This document shows positions 41,750-50,205 of a stretch of 64,000 nt of DNA, piece after piece. The stretch is taken from positions 3,040,001-3,104,000 of the forward strand of contig OY730476.1 in assembly GCA_963422735.1 (NCBI GenBank), read 5' to 3'. Below the pieces are notes generated by a model. The model saw only the letters and a program-made list of their open reading frames with translations. It had not been told where the DNA came from and did not search any database. Numbering within the stretch: the first letter of the stretch is position 1; each line of letters opens with the position of its first letter. The position numbers and the translations under genes were made by a program. Origin of the DNA: Candidatus Latescibacterota bacterium (GTDB lineage Bacteria; Latescibacterota; UBA2968; UBA8231).

Positions 41750-43069
41750 ATGAAACCGAAAAGTGCGATGACGTTGGTTGGGTGCGCCTTTTTATGGGCC
41801 TGTGGCGGCCAACAAGAGGCCGTTTACGAGCAGCAGACCAGTCTCGAATCCCTCGATCCACAAGGACAGAAAATCGTCTTTTGGTACCAACACACCGGCC
41901 AGCGCGAAGATGCCCTGCAAGAGCTGATTGCCGACTTTAACCAGACTAACCGCGATGGGATTGAGGTTCGCGGCGAGTACATGGGTCGCTATGGGGACAT
42001 CTACAACAAGATGAACGTGGGTATCCAGAGCGGTTCGCTCGCCAACCTGGTCGTAGCCTACCAAAACCAAGCCCGAGCCTACTACCAAGCCGACGGCATA
42101 GTGGATATAACACCCTATATGGATTCGCCCAAATGGGGATTGTCGCCAAAAGAGCGCAGCGACTACGTCCAAGCGTTTCTGGAGGAGGACAATCTCGGCG
42201 GAGTGCAGGTTGGCTTCCCGCCGAATCGCTCGATGGAACTGCTCTACTACAATGTTGATTGGTTGCGCGAGCTGGGCTACGACGGGCCACCGGCGACGTG
42301 GGACGATTTTGCCGCGATGTGCCGCCTAGCCAAAGAGCAACCCTTTAGTAAAAACGAAGACCCAGTGCGCAGTTTGGGTTTTTTGCTCGATGTTGACGCC
42401 AGCCGATTCGCCGCGATGGTCTTCAGTCGCGGCGGCGACCTAGTAGATGCGACCGGCACCGCTTATGCCTTGGACTCGCCAGAAGTTAAAGCAGTACTGG
42501 AGCTGATACAGGAGCTGGCACGGGACGGCGCAATAGACATCGCGGGCGAACGGGACGTCGATCTAAACGAGTTCGTCACCGGTCAGATCCTCTTCTCTCA
42601 GGATTCTTCCTCCGGGCTGCCCTTTTACAAGAGTGGCATTGAGGACTCTGGGCTGGCCTTCGAGTGGGGAGTAACCCATCCGCCGCAGACTGGCTCGAGG
42701 CCGGTTGTTGACGTGTACGGGGCCAGCGTGTCGATCTGCGTAGGTACTCCCGAAAAACAGCTAGCGGCGTGGCTTTTCCTCAAATGGTTTACTGCGCCGG
42801 AGCAACAAGCGCGGTGGGTGAGGGCAAGCAATTACTTTCCGGTGCGCAAGAGTACGGCGCGGGAGCTGGAAAGCTACTTCGAGGAAAACCCGCACTATAG
42901 AGTGGCGTTTGGCATGTTGGAATACGGAAAATCAGAGCCGACGATGGCAGGCTATCAACAGGTGCGGCGGTTGATTCAAGAGGCCATGATAGAGGCGATT
43001 GAAGGCGAGGATGTCGAACAGGTGGTAGAAGAATTGCAGCGCACAGCGAATCAGACGCTTGAGCCGTAG
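41750..43069 (+). CDS. ABC solute-binding lipoprotein (UgpB/sugar family)
   Basis: Lipobox LWAC, LYYNVDWL, PATWDD and AAWLFLKW. Confidence 0.9.
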   Translation: MKPKSAMTLVGCAFLWACGGQQEAVYEQQTSLESLDPQGQKIVFWYQHTGQREDALQELIADFNQTNRDGIEVRGEYMGRYGDIYNKMNVGIQSGSLANLVVAYQNQARAYYQADGIVDITPYMDSPKWGLSPKERSDYVQAFLEEDNLGGVQVGFPPNRSMELLYYNVDWLRELGYDGPPATWDDFAAMCRLAKEQPFSKNEDPVRSLGFLLDVDASRFAAMVFSRGGDLVDATGTAYALDSPEVKAVLELIQELARDGAIDIAGERDVDLNEFVTGQILFSQDSSSGLPFYKSGIEDSGLAFEWGVTHPPQTGSRPVVDVYGASVSICVGTPEKQLAAWLFLKWFTAPEQQARWVRASNYFPVRKSTARELESYFEENPHYRVAFGMLEYGKSEPTMAGYQQVRRLIQEAMIEAIEGEDVEQVVEELQRTANQTLEP

Positions 43070-43093
43070 GCGAAAAAGGAGCGCACAGGTAAA

Positions 43094-44452
43094 ATGGCTG
43101 GAGAAAATAAAAAACCAAACGTCATAGTATTTTTTACGGATCAACAGCGCTGGGACACAACGGGGCTACACGGCAATCCGATGAGCCTTACACCTCATCT
43201 CGATCGCTTGGCTCGCGAGTACACCCACGCGGCGTATTCCTTTACGTGCCAACCCGTCTGCGGCCCGGCGCGCTCTTGTCTGCAAACGGGTCTTTACGCC
43301 ACGACCACAGGCTGCTACCGCAACAGCGTTCCCTTGCCCGCGGACAGCCAGACCCTCGCCCATTACTTTGCCGCGGCTGGCTACGACACCGGATATATAG
43401 GCAAGTGGCATCTATACGAGCAAGGGACCACCGGTCCAGTGCCAGCCTCGGACCGCTTTGGCTATCAGTACTGGTTGGCGTCGAACGTTCTCGAATTTAC
43501 TTCCGACGCCTATAGTACGGTTCTCTACGACAATGATAATCAACCGGTCCGCCTACCCGGTTATCGAGTGGATGCGGTCACAGATGCCGCAATTCGCTAC
43601 GTAGATGTGCGTCAAGATCGTCCCTTTTTTCTTTTTATCTCCTATATTGAACCCCACCACCAGAACCACTTGGATGACTATCCGCCTCCCGATGGCTACC
43701 GAGAAACCTATACCGGAGGCTGGATCCCGCCCGACCTAGCGGCATTGGCCGGCTCGACTCACCAGCACTTAGGCGGCTATTACGGGATGGTCAGGCGGCT
43801 CGATGAAGCCTATGGCCGCCTACACGACGCGCTCAAAAGTCTGGAGCTAGCCGACGACACCATCGTGCTCTTTACTTCGGATCATGGTTGTCATTTCAAG
43901 ACGCGCAACAACGAGTACAAACGCTCTTGTCACGAAAGCTCAATCCGCGTACCGACTGTTTTGACTGGACCCGGTTTTCGCGGCGGCCAATTGCAAGAGT
44001 TGGTTAGCCTAATTGACCTGCCGCCAACACTTTTGGATGCGGCCGGCTTGAAAATCCCCCATCAGATGCAGGGCCGCTCGCTCATGCCGCTTTTGCGCGG
44101 TGGAGTAGCCGATTGGCCCGCAGAGGTCTTCGTGCAGATTAGCGAAGCCCAAGTGGGGCGAGCCGTTCGCACTCGTCGGTGGAAGTACGGGGTGGACGCT
44201 CTAGGTGGGCAAGGAAGAGATGTGGCAGGAGCCGATCATTACGAGGAGCAGTATCTCTATGATCTACAGGTTGACCCCTACGAACTGAACAACCTAGTCG
44301 GCCTCGAGTCGCATCGAGAAGTGGCTCGAGTAATGAAGGAACGGCTCTTGAGACGTATGGAAGAAGCCGGAGAGGCACGCCCCCACATCAAAGAGGCCCC
44401 GCCGCGCCGCTCCGGCCAGCGGAAAATCCTTCCTGATGAAGCACGCTCCTAG
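43094..44452 (+). CDS. Sulfatase
   Basis: PNVIVFFTDQQR, CGPARS (CxPxR), GKWHL and TSDHG. Confidence 0.93.
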   Translation: MAGENKKPNVIVFFTDQQRWDTTGLHGNPMSLTPHLDRLAREYTHAAYSFTCQPVCGPARSCLQTGLYATTTGCYRNSVPLPADSQTLAHYFAAAGYDTGYIGKWHLYEQGTTGPVPASDRFGYQYWLASNVLEFTSDAYSTVLYDNDNQPVRLPGYRVDAVTDAAIRYVDVRQDRPFFLFISYIEPHHQNHLDDYPPPDGYRETYTGGWIPPDLAALAGSTHQHLGGYYGMVRRLDEAYGRLHDALKSLELADDTIVLFTSDHGCHFKTRNNEYKRSCHESSIRVPTVLTGPGFRGGQLQELVSLIDLPPTLLDAAGLKIPHQMQGRSLMPLLRGGVADWPAEVFVQISEAQVGRAVRTRRWKYGVDALGGQGRDVAGADHYEEQYLYDLQVDPYELNNLVGLESHREVARVMKERLLRRMEEAGEARPHIKEAPPRRSGQRKILPDEARS

Positions 44453-44512
44453 CCTTAGAAGCTGTCTGCGAACCCCTAGCCGCCGCGTTTACGCCGCCTA
44501 AAGTAAGTGCTT

Positions 44513-45625
44513 TTAGTTCTGCTGTTGGGACAGTAGCGGCTGATGAGTAGAGTCCAGCTTTTCGCGCAGCGATTGAAGCTCAAACAGCCGCTTGACAACC
44601 AGAGAGATAGAGCGGGCGAACTCGCCCAATATGGTCGCTAGCTGCTCGGTGCGCCTAGGCCCGCCCATGGGCAATCCTAGGCCTAGCATCCCTTGTGCAA
44701 AGGGCATGTCGATCAGCAGTCCGGGGCGATATATCGAGTCCGAGAAAGTTTCTTGGGTCATCTGTATAAAAGCCTCGTCGGCCTCGCGCTCCCATACCTT
44801 GCGGCGGTGCCAGTAGCTGACCAACCTCCGCAGGGAGGCAAAGCGACCGAGCGATTCTTGGAGATTTACCACGTTCTGTGAGGAGCGGTAACCACGCGCC
44901 TCGGAATAAGCGCGATAGCAAGCCAAGAGGTTTCTTTGTTCGTCGATGACCTGTAGGCCAACCGCCTCGAATTGGACTCCCATAGCCTCTAGCTCGTCGC
45001 CGAGAATGCGCACGACCTTGCCTAGATCGCGCACCTTTTCGGTTTCGCAACCAGCCTGCAAGACGTGGAAGGCCCCTTGCCGACAACAGTGAGCGGTAAT
45101 ATCGCGCGCAATGGCCAAGTGCGCTTTTTCGCTTATGTTGACGTTGGTGATCTCGACGGGAAGAAAGCTGCCGTCACTGCGTACCATGAGCACTTCATAG
45201 GCATTGGACGAGCCACTGGCAATCATGTGCCGAGTTGTGGGATGGGACTGGGGAGCGAACATTAGTTCAATGCCGTCTTTGGCTAGCAATTCTTCCCCGC
45301 GATAACCCAATAGGTCGGCCAAGGTTTGGCTGATGAAGAGCAAGTGTCCGTTTTCGTGGATGACAAAGGCGTTGAGGGTCTCGGCGATTTGATGCAAACG
45401 GTCTTTGTGGACTTGAGCTGAGCTCCTATTGTCGTCCATTAGGGAGTCTGTCGAGACGCCGAGGGCGTCAGCTAAATCTTTTAGAGCCGGCGAGCCTAGC
45501 CGGCGCACTCGGCCGGTTTCAATACGGGAGATAGTGGCTTGAGAGACCCCGGAGCGGTCTGAGAGGTCTTTCTGGTTGAGCGATTGTTTCTGTCGCAGCT
45601 CTTTTAGGTTGCGTCCTAAAGACAT
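44513..45625 (-). CDS. XRE-HTH plus PAS domain regulator
   Basis: N-terminal HTH (SGVSQATISRIETG) and PAS domain (LLGYRGEEL, RSDGSFLPVEI, ARDIT). Confidence 0.82.
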   Translation of the reverse strand: MSLGRNLKELRQKQSLNQKDLSDRSGVSQATISRIETGRVRRLGSPALKDLADALGVSTDSLMDDNRSSAQVHKDRLHQIAETLNAFVIHENGHLLFISQTLADLLGYRGEELLAKDGIELMFAPQSHPTTRHMIASGSSNAYEVLMVRSDGSFLPVEITNVNISEKAHLAIARDITAHCCRQGAFHVLQAGCETEKVRDLGKVVRILGDELEAMGVQFEAVGLQVIDEQRNLLACYRAYSEARGYRSSQNVVNLQESLGRFASLRRLVSYWHRRKVWEREADEAFIQMTQETFSDSIYRPGLLIDMPFAQGMLGLGLPMGGPRRTEQLATILGEFARSISLVVKRLFELQSLREKLDSTHQPLLSQQQN

Positions 45626-45746
45626 GGGCTGCTCCTATAATGGGGATATAAAATACAGGGTGTTTGATAAATAAATAATATGGCACGAAGCGGCTGATTA
45701 CCAAAATGGAAGGCGATAAAAACAAAATGTACACAAGGGTTTACGC

Positions 45747-46799
45747 ATGAAAATAACCGAAGTGCAGTCGATTTATCCCCGCTATCGCGTCGCGCCTGCT
45801 GCTTGGCGCCGGCACTTCTGGCAGATGGTCGTACGCATAGATACGGACGTCGGCGTCAGCGGCTGGGGAGCAGGTGGTGGCGGGATTGGTGCCGTAGAGG
45901 TGATTAACCGCCACCTGCGCGAGTTGCTGGTGGGGCGCAGCATCAACAGCACTGAAGATGTCGCCCGTCTCTGGGACGACCAATACAAGGCAAGCTTGCC
46001 CTATGGCCGCAGCGGAATCGCCGTCATGGCCATCAGCGGCGTGGACTTGGCGCTGTGGGATGTCTTGGGCCGGGCAGAAGGAAAGTCCGTCTGCGACTTG
46101 CTGGGTGGTCGGCGGCGGGACGCGGTGCGGGCCTATGCCACAGGCCCAGATTGCGCTTGGTATCGCGACTTGGGCTTTAATGCCCACAAGTCTTCGCAGA
46201 CGCTGGGAGGAAACCAAGCCGCAGACGCGGCGCACATACTTGAGTGGGCCCAGCAGGCGCGTCAAACCTTGGGCGAAGATGCGCTCTTGATGATAGATGC
46301 CTATATGTCGTGGTCGCCCGACTTCGCCTTGGCCGTAGCGCAGCAACTCGCGCCATTCAACATATACTGGTTTGAAGACGTGCTGCTGCCCGACGACTTG
46401 GACAGCTTGGCGGCGTTGCGTCCGCAGATTCAACCCATTTTGTTAGCTGGCGGCGAACACGAATTTACCGTGCGGGATTTCGGTCATATCGCCAGTGCGC
46501 GGGCATTGGACTTGTGGCAACCGGACGTCACTTGGTGTGGCGGTTTGACGGCGACGCTTCGCATTGCCAAGCTCGCTCAAACCCACGGCGTCCCCTTGGT
46601 TCCTCATCGCGGCGGCGAGATTTGGGGTTTGCATTTTTTGGCGGCTGGCTATGGCGACAATTTGGCTGAAATGGTAATGGATATGCGCGGTGAGGTGCGC
46701 GACAAGCTATGGCTGGGTGAACCGCAACCGCAGGAAGGGCACTTGGTACTGCCCGAAGGCCCGGGGTTTGGCGTGCAGGTAAACGAGGAGCTACTCTAG
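45747..46799 (+). CDS. Mandelate racemase/enolase-superfamily dehydratase (rhamnonate dehydratase-like)
   Basis: SGVDLALWD, LMIDAYM, WFED, GGEHE, QPDVTWCGG and PGFG. Confidence 0.88.
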   Translation: MKITEVQSIYPRYRVAPAAWRRHFWQMVVRIDTDVGVSGWGAGGGGIGAVEVINRHLRELLVGRSINSTEDVARLWDDQYKASLPYGRSGIAVMAISGVDLALWDVLGRAEGKSVCDLLGGRRRDAVRAYATGPDCAWYRDLGFNAHKSSQTLGGNQAADAAHILEWAQQARQTLGEDALLMIDAYMSWSPDFALAVAQQLAPFNIYWFEDVLLPDDLDSLAALRPQIQPILLAGGEHEFTVRDFGHIASARALDLWQPDVTWCGGLTATLRIAKLAQTHGVPLVPHRGGEIWGLHFLAAGYGDNLAEMVMDMRGEVRDKLWLGEPQPQEGHLVLPEGPGFGVQVNEELL

Positions 46800-46845
46800 T
46801 TTTCTCTAAGCGGCCTATCGTCGGGAGTCCTGCCACAGTGAACCC

Positions 46846-47433
46846 CTACTCTTTAACCGCCAGAGATAATAGGTACGTCCCCCGCTGTTTGATCTTTTTG
46901 TAGTTGCCGAAGACTTCCTTGAAATTGCGCTTGATGTACTCCTTTAGTCCGGCAATGGTGACGACCCACAGGTGCCCGCCCGGTTTGAGGCGGGCGCAGG
47001 CGTCGTGCATGATGAGCGTCAGGAGTTCGTTGCCTATTTTCGCGGGCAAATTGGAGGCGATGGTGTCAAAGCGCATGTGTGCGGGCACGTGGCTGAAGGC
47101 ATTACTCAAGTAGGTGCGACAATTGGTTAGCCCGTTGCGTTCGGCGTTTTGCGCCGCGTAGGCGATGGCGACGAAGTCCTTGTCGATTAGATGGACTTCG
47201 CCCTCGGAGCAGAGGTGGCCCAACATCAAGCCGATTGGACCATATCCGCATCCTAAGTCGAGGCAGCGGTCGGCAGGCCCGGCTTTGATATGATCGATGA
47301 GCAGCCGCGTACCTGGGTCAATGCGTTTGGGGTTGAAAAGGCCCCAAGTGGAGCAAAAGGTAAAAGTGCGCCCCCTGAGGGTCTCTTCAAATACGATGTC
47401 TTCGCACAGGCGGCTTATATCTCTAGCAGGCAT
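46846..47433 (-). CDS. Small-domain SAM methyltransferase (RsmC/MTS-like)
   Basis: IDPGTRLL, LDLGCGYGPIG and SNLP. Confidence 0.88.
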   Translation of the reverse strand: MPARDISRLCEDIVFEETLRGRTFTFCSTWGLFNPKRIDPGTRLLIDHIKAGPADRCLDLGCGYGPIGLMLGHLCSEGEVHLIDKDFVAIAYAAQNAERNGLTNCRTYLSNAFSHVPAHMRFDTIASNLPAKIGNELLTLIMHDACARLKPGGHLWVVTIAGLKEYIKRNFKEVFGNYKKIKQRGTYLLSLAVKE

Positions 47434-47448
47434 CGAGCGCGGCTAAGC

Positions 47449-49473
47449 TTAGTAGGCCAAGCCCAACGGCTGCTGGTGGCGGAAAGTTTTGAATTCCGAC
47501 TTGATGGCTATTTCCACTAGATACAACCCCGGTTCCAACAGCTCGCCGCCCGGGCCACGGCCGTCCCATTGCACGGTTTGAGGCCCGGCCCCCTGCATTC
47601 CGATTTCGCGACCGCCGACCCGGACACCGCGTAAGTCGTAGATGTTGAAGGCCACGGGCACCGGGGCGGGCAAGCGGAACAAGGTGTAGCTGATGGCTAG
47701 CACATCGTTGGCACCGTCTCCGTTGGGGGTCAATACCTTGCTCGAAAAAGCTAGATTTTCGATGGGTGCCCCGGCCTCTTGTGCGTCACCTAAAACCCGC
47801 AGGCTGTTGGTGTTGACCTCGTCGGTGGCGTTGCCGGCTTCAATCTGCTGCGGAAGGCTCTCTCCGCTCGTGTCAAAAACCTCGCCAGCGAACGTGTTGG
47901 CAAAGATGAAAACCTCTGTGCCGAAGACCAGCCGCACCAGATCGTTGCGGCTATGCGTGACGGCCTGCGGCAGATGCACTACCAGTTCGTTGTTTCCTTC
48001 TATCACCTCGGTCGGTTCTAGTACTTGGAGTGGCTGGCCCATCTCTAGCCGTTTGAACCGGGGGCGGCTGCCCGTGCGGATCCGGATCGTATCGAAGCCC
48101 GGCTGGCTCGCCGCGTCGAACTGGGTACGCACATCGTAGGTAAAGTCCGTCATCTCGCCTAAGTACACCTCGGTTAGGCCGCCGTCGGGCGTTGGCTCGT
48201 CAAAGCGGGCGACCTCGCCTATGACTTGCGAGGCCAACGGAGGTGCAATCTCAACCCACAGCGAGTCGAGCCGCACGAAGTCGAAGAAGGAACTGCTCTC
48301 GAAGGTGAGTCTTACTTGGATATGGTTGCCGCGCTCTAGCGGGGCGGGCTGCCCAGACTTAGCGATGGGAAAAGACCAGAAGGTCCAGCTGTCTTGGTCG
48401 TAAACGATTGAGGCTCTGAGGCCGGGCTTGCCCTCTTGGATCTGGCCGCCGGTAGTCTGGTCTGGTTGCTTGAGTTCTTTCTCGAAACGCTCGCGAGAGA
48501 CCGTCCGCTCGGCACCGGTGTCGGTAAACTCGTGATAGATGTTGGGGTCGTCGTCGCGGCCAGAGCGCACGGAGATCGCAAGTTGGGCTTGGGCGTCGTC
48601 AACGGGAGTAGGGACGCCATCGACCATTCGCATGGGAGTGGCGTCCCAGAATAGACGCCCGAAGTTCACCGTGCGGTCTAGGGAGATGATCTTAGAAAGA
48701 TAAAATACCCGCTTGGGCACCCCTTCGCCCTTGAGTTCGAACTCGCCGATGGTTCCCTGCTGGACATTGGCTTGGCCTGAGGCAAAGGCTTTGTCGTCGA
48801 TGGATGGCTTGCGTTGCAGGCGTATGAAACGCACGTACTGCTTAGGAAAGTCGAGTTGGACATTGGCGTCGAAATTGAGCGGCACATCGGCGACTAGCTT
48901 CTCTAAGCGGTGATAGTCGTTATCGTTGTTCTCTAGGTTGAGGACCGGGTCGAACTCTTCGGTGATCGAGACTTCAAATGCCTTGAAGATATCGTCGCGC
49001 AGCAGCGTTCCGTCGGCGCGGAACCCGTGCGGCGGCGTGTAGAATCCAACCACGTCGGCTGGCACGGGTACCCCCACGTCGAAAGTGTACCACTCCGAGT
49101 TGATGCCGCGTGCCACCGGCGGGCTATAAGAAGAGCTGTCGCCATCGACCCACTCGGTCGTCAGGGTTCCGGCCGTGAACCAATAGAAGCCGTTGGCCGC
49201 ACGCCAGACCCGCGGAATGAGGCCGTCTTCGTAACCCAAATCGGTGGGAAACTTGAAGGGCGACCAAGAAGGGAGTTTGGAAAGGATGTTTTCGTCGCCG
49301 TCGAAATAGGTCGGTGCTATTGAGCCGGGAAAGGTCTCGAAGTCGATAAAGACTTCGCTACTGTCATTCAGGCTCCAAGCTAAGCCTTGGCCGCCTAGTT
49401 TCCACTGCGAAATCTGGGCGGCCGCCGGTGCCGTAGTCAGCGCGAGCGCGATGAGAATGGACCATCTATGCAC
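47449..49473 (-). CDS. Large secreted hypothetical protein with C-terminal FlgD-Ig domain
   Basis: GAGGAG RBS with GTG 49473, signal peptide, and TPNGDGAND..IYDLRG..WDG..PGLY C-terminus. Confidence 0.8.
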   Translation of the reverse strand: MHRWSILIALALTTAPAAAQISQWKLGGQGLAWSLNDSSEVFIDFETFPGSIAPTYFDGDENILSKLPSWSPFKFPTDLGYEDGLIPRVWRAANGFYWFTAGTLTTEWVDGDSSSYSPPVARGINSEWYTFDVGVPVPADVVGFYTPPHGFRADGTLLRDDIFKAFEVSITEEFDPVLNLENNDNDYHRLEKLVADVPLNFDANVQLDFPKQYVRFIRLQRKPSIDDKAFASGQANVQQGTIGEFELKGEGVPKRVFYLSKIISLDRTVNFGRLFWDATPMRMVDGVPTPVDDAQAQLAISVRSGRDDDPNIYHEFTDTGAERTVSRERFEKELKQPDQTTGGQIQEGKPGLRASIVYDQDSWTFWSFPIAKSGQPAPLERGNHIQVRLTFESSSFFDFVRLDSLWVEIAPPLASQVIGEVARFDEPTPDGGLTEVYLGEMTDFTYDVRTQFDAASQPGFDTIRIRTGSRPRFKRLEMGQPLQVLEPTEVIEGNNELVVHLPQAVTHSRNDLVRLVFGTEVFIFANTFAGEVFDTSGESLPQQIEAGNATDEVNTNSLRVLGDAQEAGAPIENLAFSSKVLTPNGDGANDVLAISYTLFRLPAPVPVAFNIYDLRGVRVGGREIGMQGAGPQTVQWDGRGPGGELLEPGLYLVEIAIKSEFKTFRHQQPLGLAY

Positions 49474-49615
49474 TGTTTCGCTCCTCGGTCCAGTCGCCGA
49501 GTTTGCCAGCGACTCTTTTACGCAGTCCAAGTTTTCACTTAATCTATACGGCTCGTATCTTAAGCTCAAGCCGGCAGGCGACATAGAAAGTACACGGAAC
49601 CATCCATTTTGCACC

Positions 49616-49840
49616 ATGACCAATGAAACAACATGCGGACCTCTAAGGTGGCTCCGCGGCGATATGCACAACCACTGCGAAGATCACGCCTTGGTCGCCG
49701 AGCGTTTGGAAGGGGTGTACAACACACTCGATTTTATAGCTCTAACCAACCACGCGCAAAAGCCCGTATTCTTTGAGTAACACCGCATGCTCGAGCAAGC
49801 ACGCCGCATTCTGCCGGGGTTTCCCATCCAACCCGCCTAA
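49616..49840 (+). pseudogene. PHP-domain gene remnant
   Basis: WLRGDMHNH and DFIALTNH motifs. An in-frame TAA at 49778 is followed by HRMLEQARRILPGFPI, then truncation. Confidence 0.65.
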
Positions 49841-50205
49841 ACATCATATGACAAGAGATACGCGGCTGGCCGGTAAATCATTATTGTCCGAGGGGTATTT
49901 GAAGTAGAGACCCAAAAAGGTCTCCGGACTTATTCGATCGTCTCTTATGGTGACTATGTTATTATCGTAAGTTATTATCGTAAAGCCGCCGCTCAATGAA
50001 AATCACTTCGGCTAAAGCGGATGAACCCGGAGGCCCTGCGGGCCAGCTAAGCCTTCGCAAGCGAAGGTCCCCGACACCAAAGCCAAGTAAACAAAAACAG
50101 CCGCATAACTGCGCTCCTTTTTATGTGATCATTATGAAGAAATCGCCCATTTTTGCAGACAACCTCAAAGACAATTAGGTTGCAATACCTTATAAGGGGA
50201 TTTCC

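Noticed and set aside
45680-45700. TGGCACG as a sigma54 promoter (also near 3735 and 58750)
   Set aside because: No correctly spaced -12 TGC element.
49907-49924. Paired BsaI sites suggesting an engineered construct
   Set aside because: Part of a larger natural-looking hairpin; no vector features nearby.
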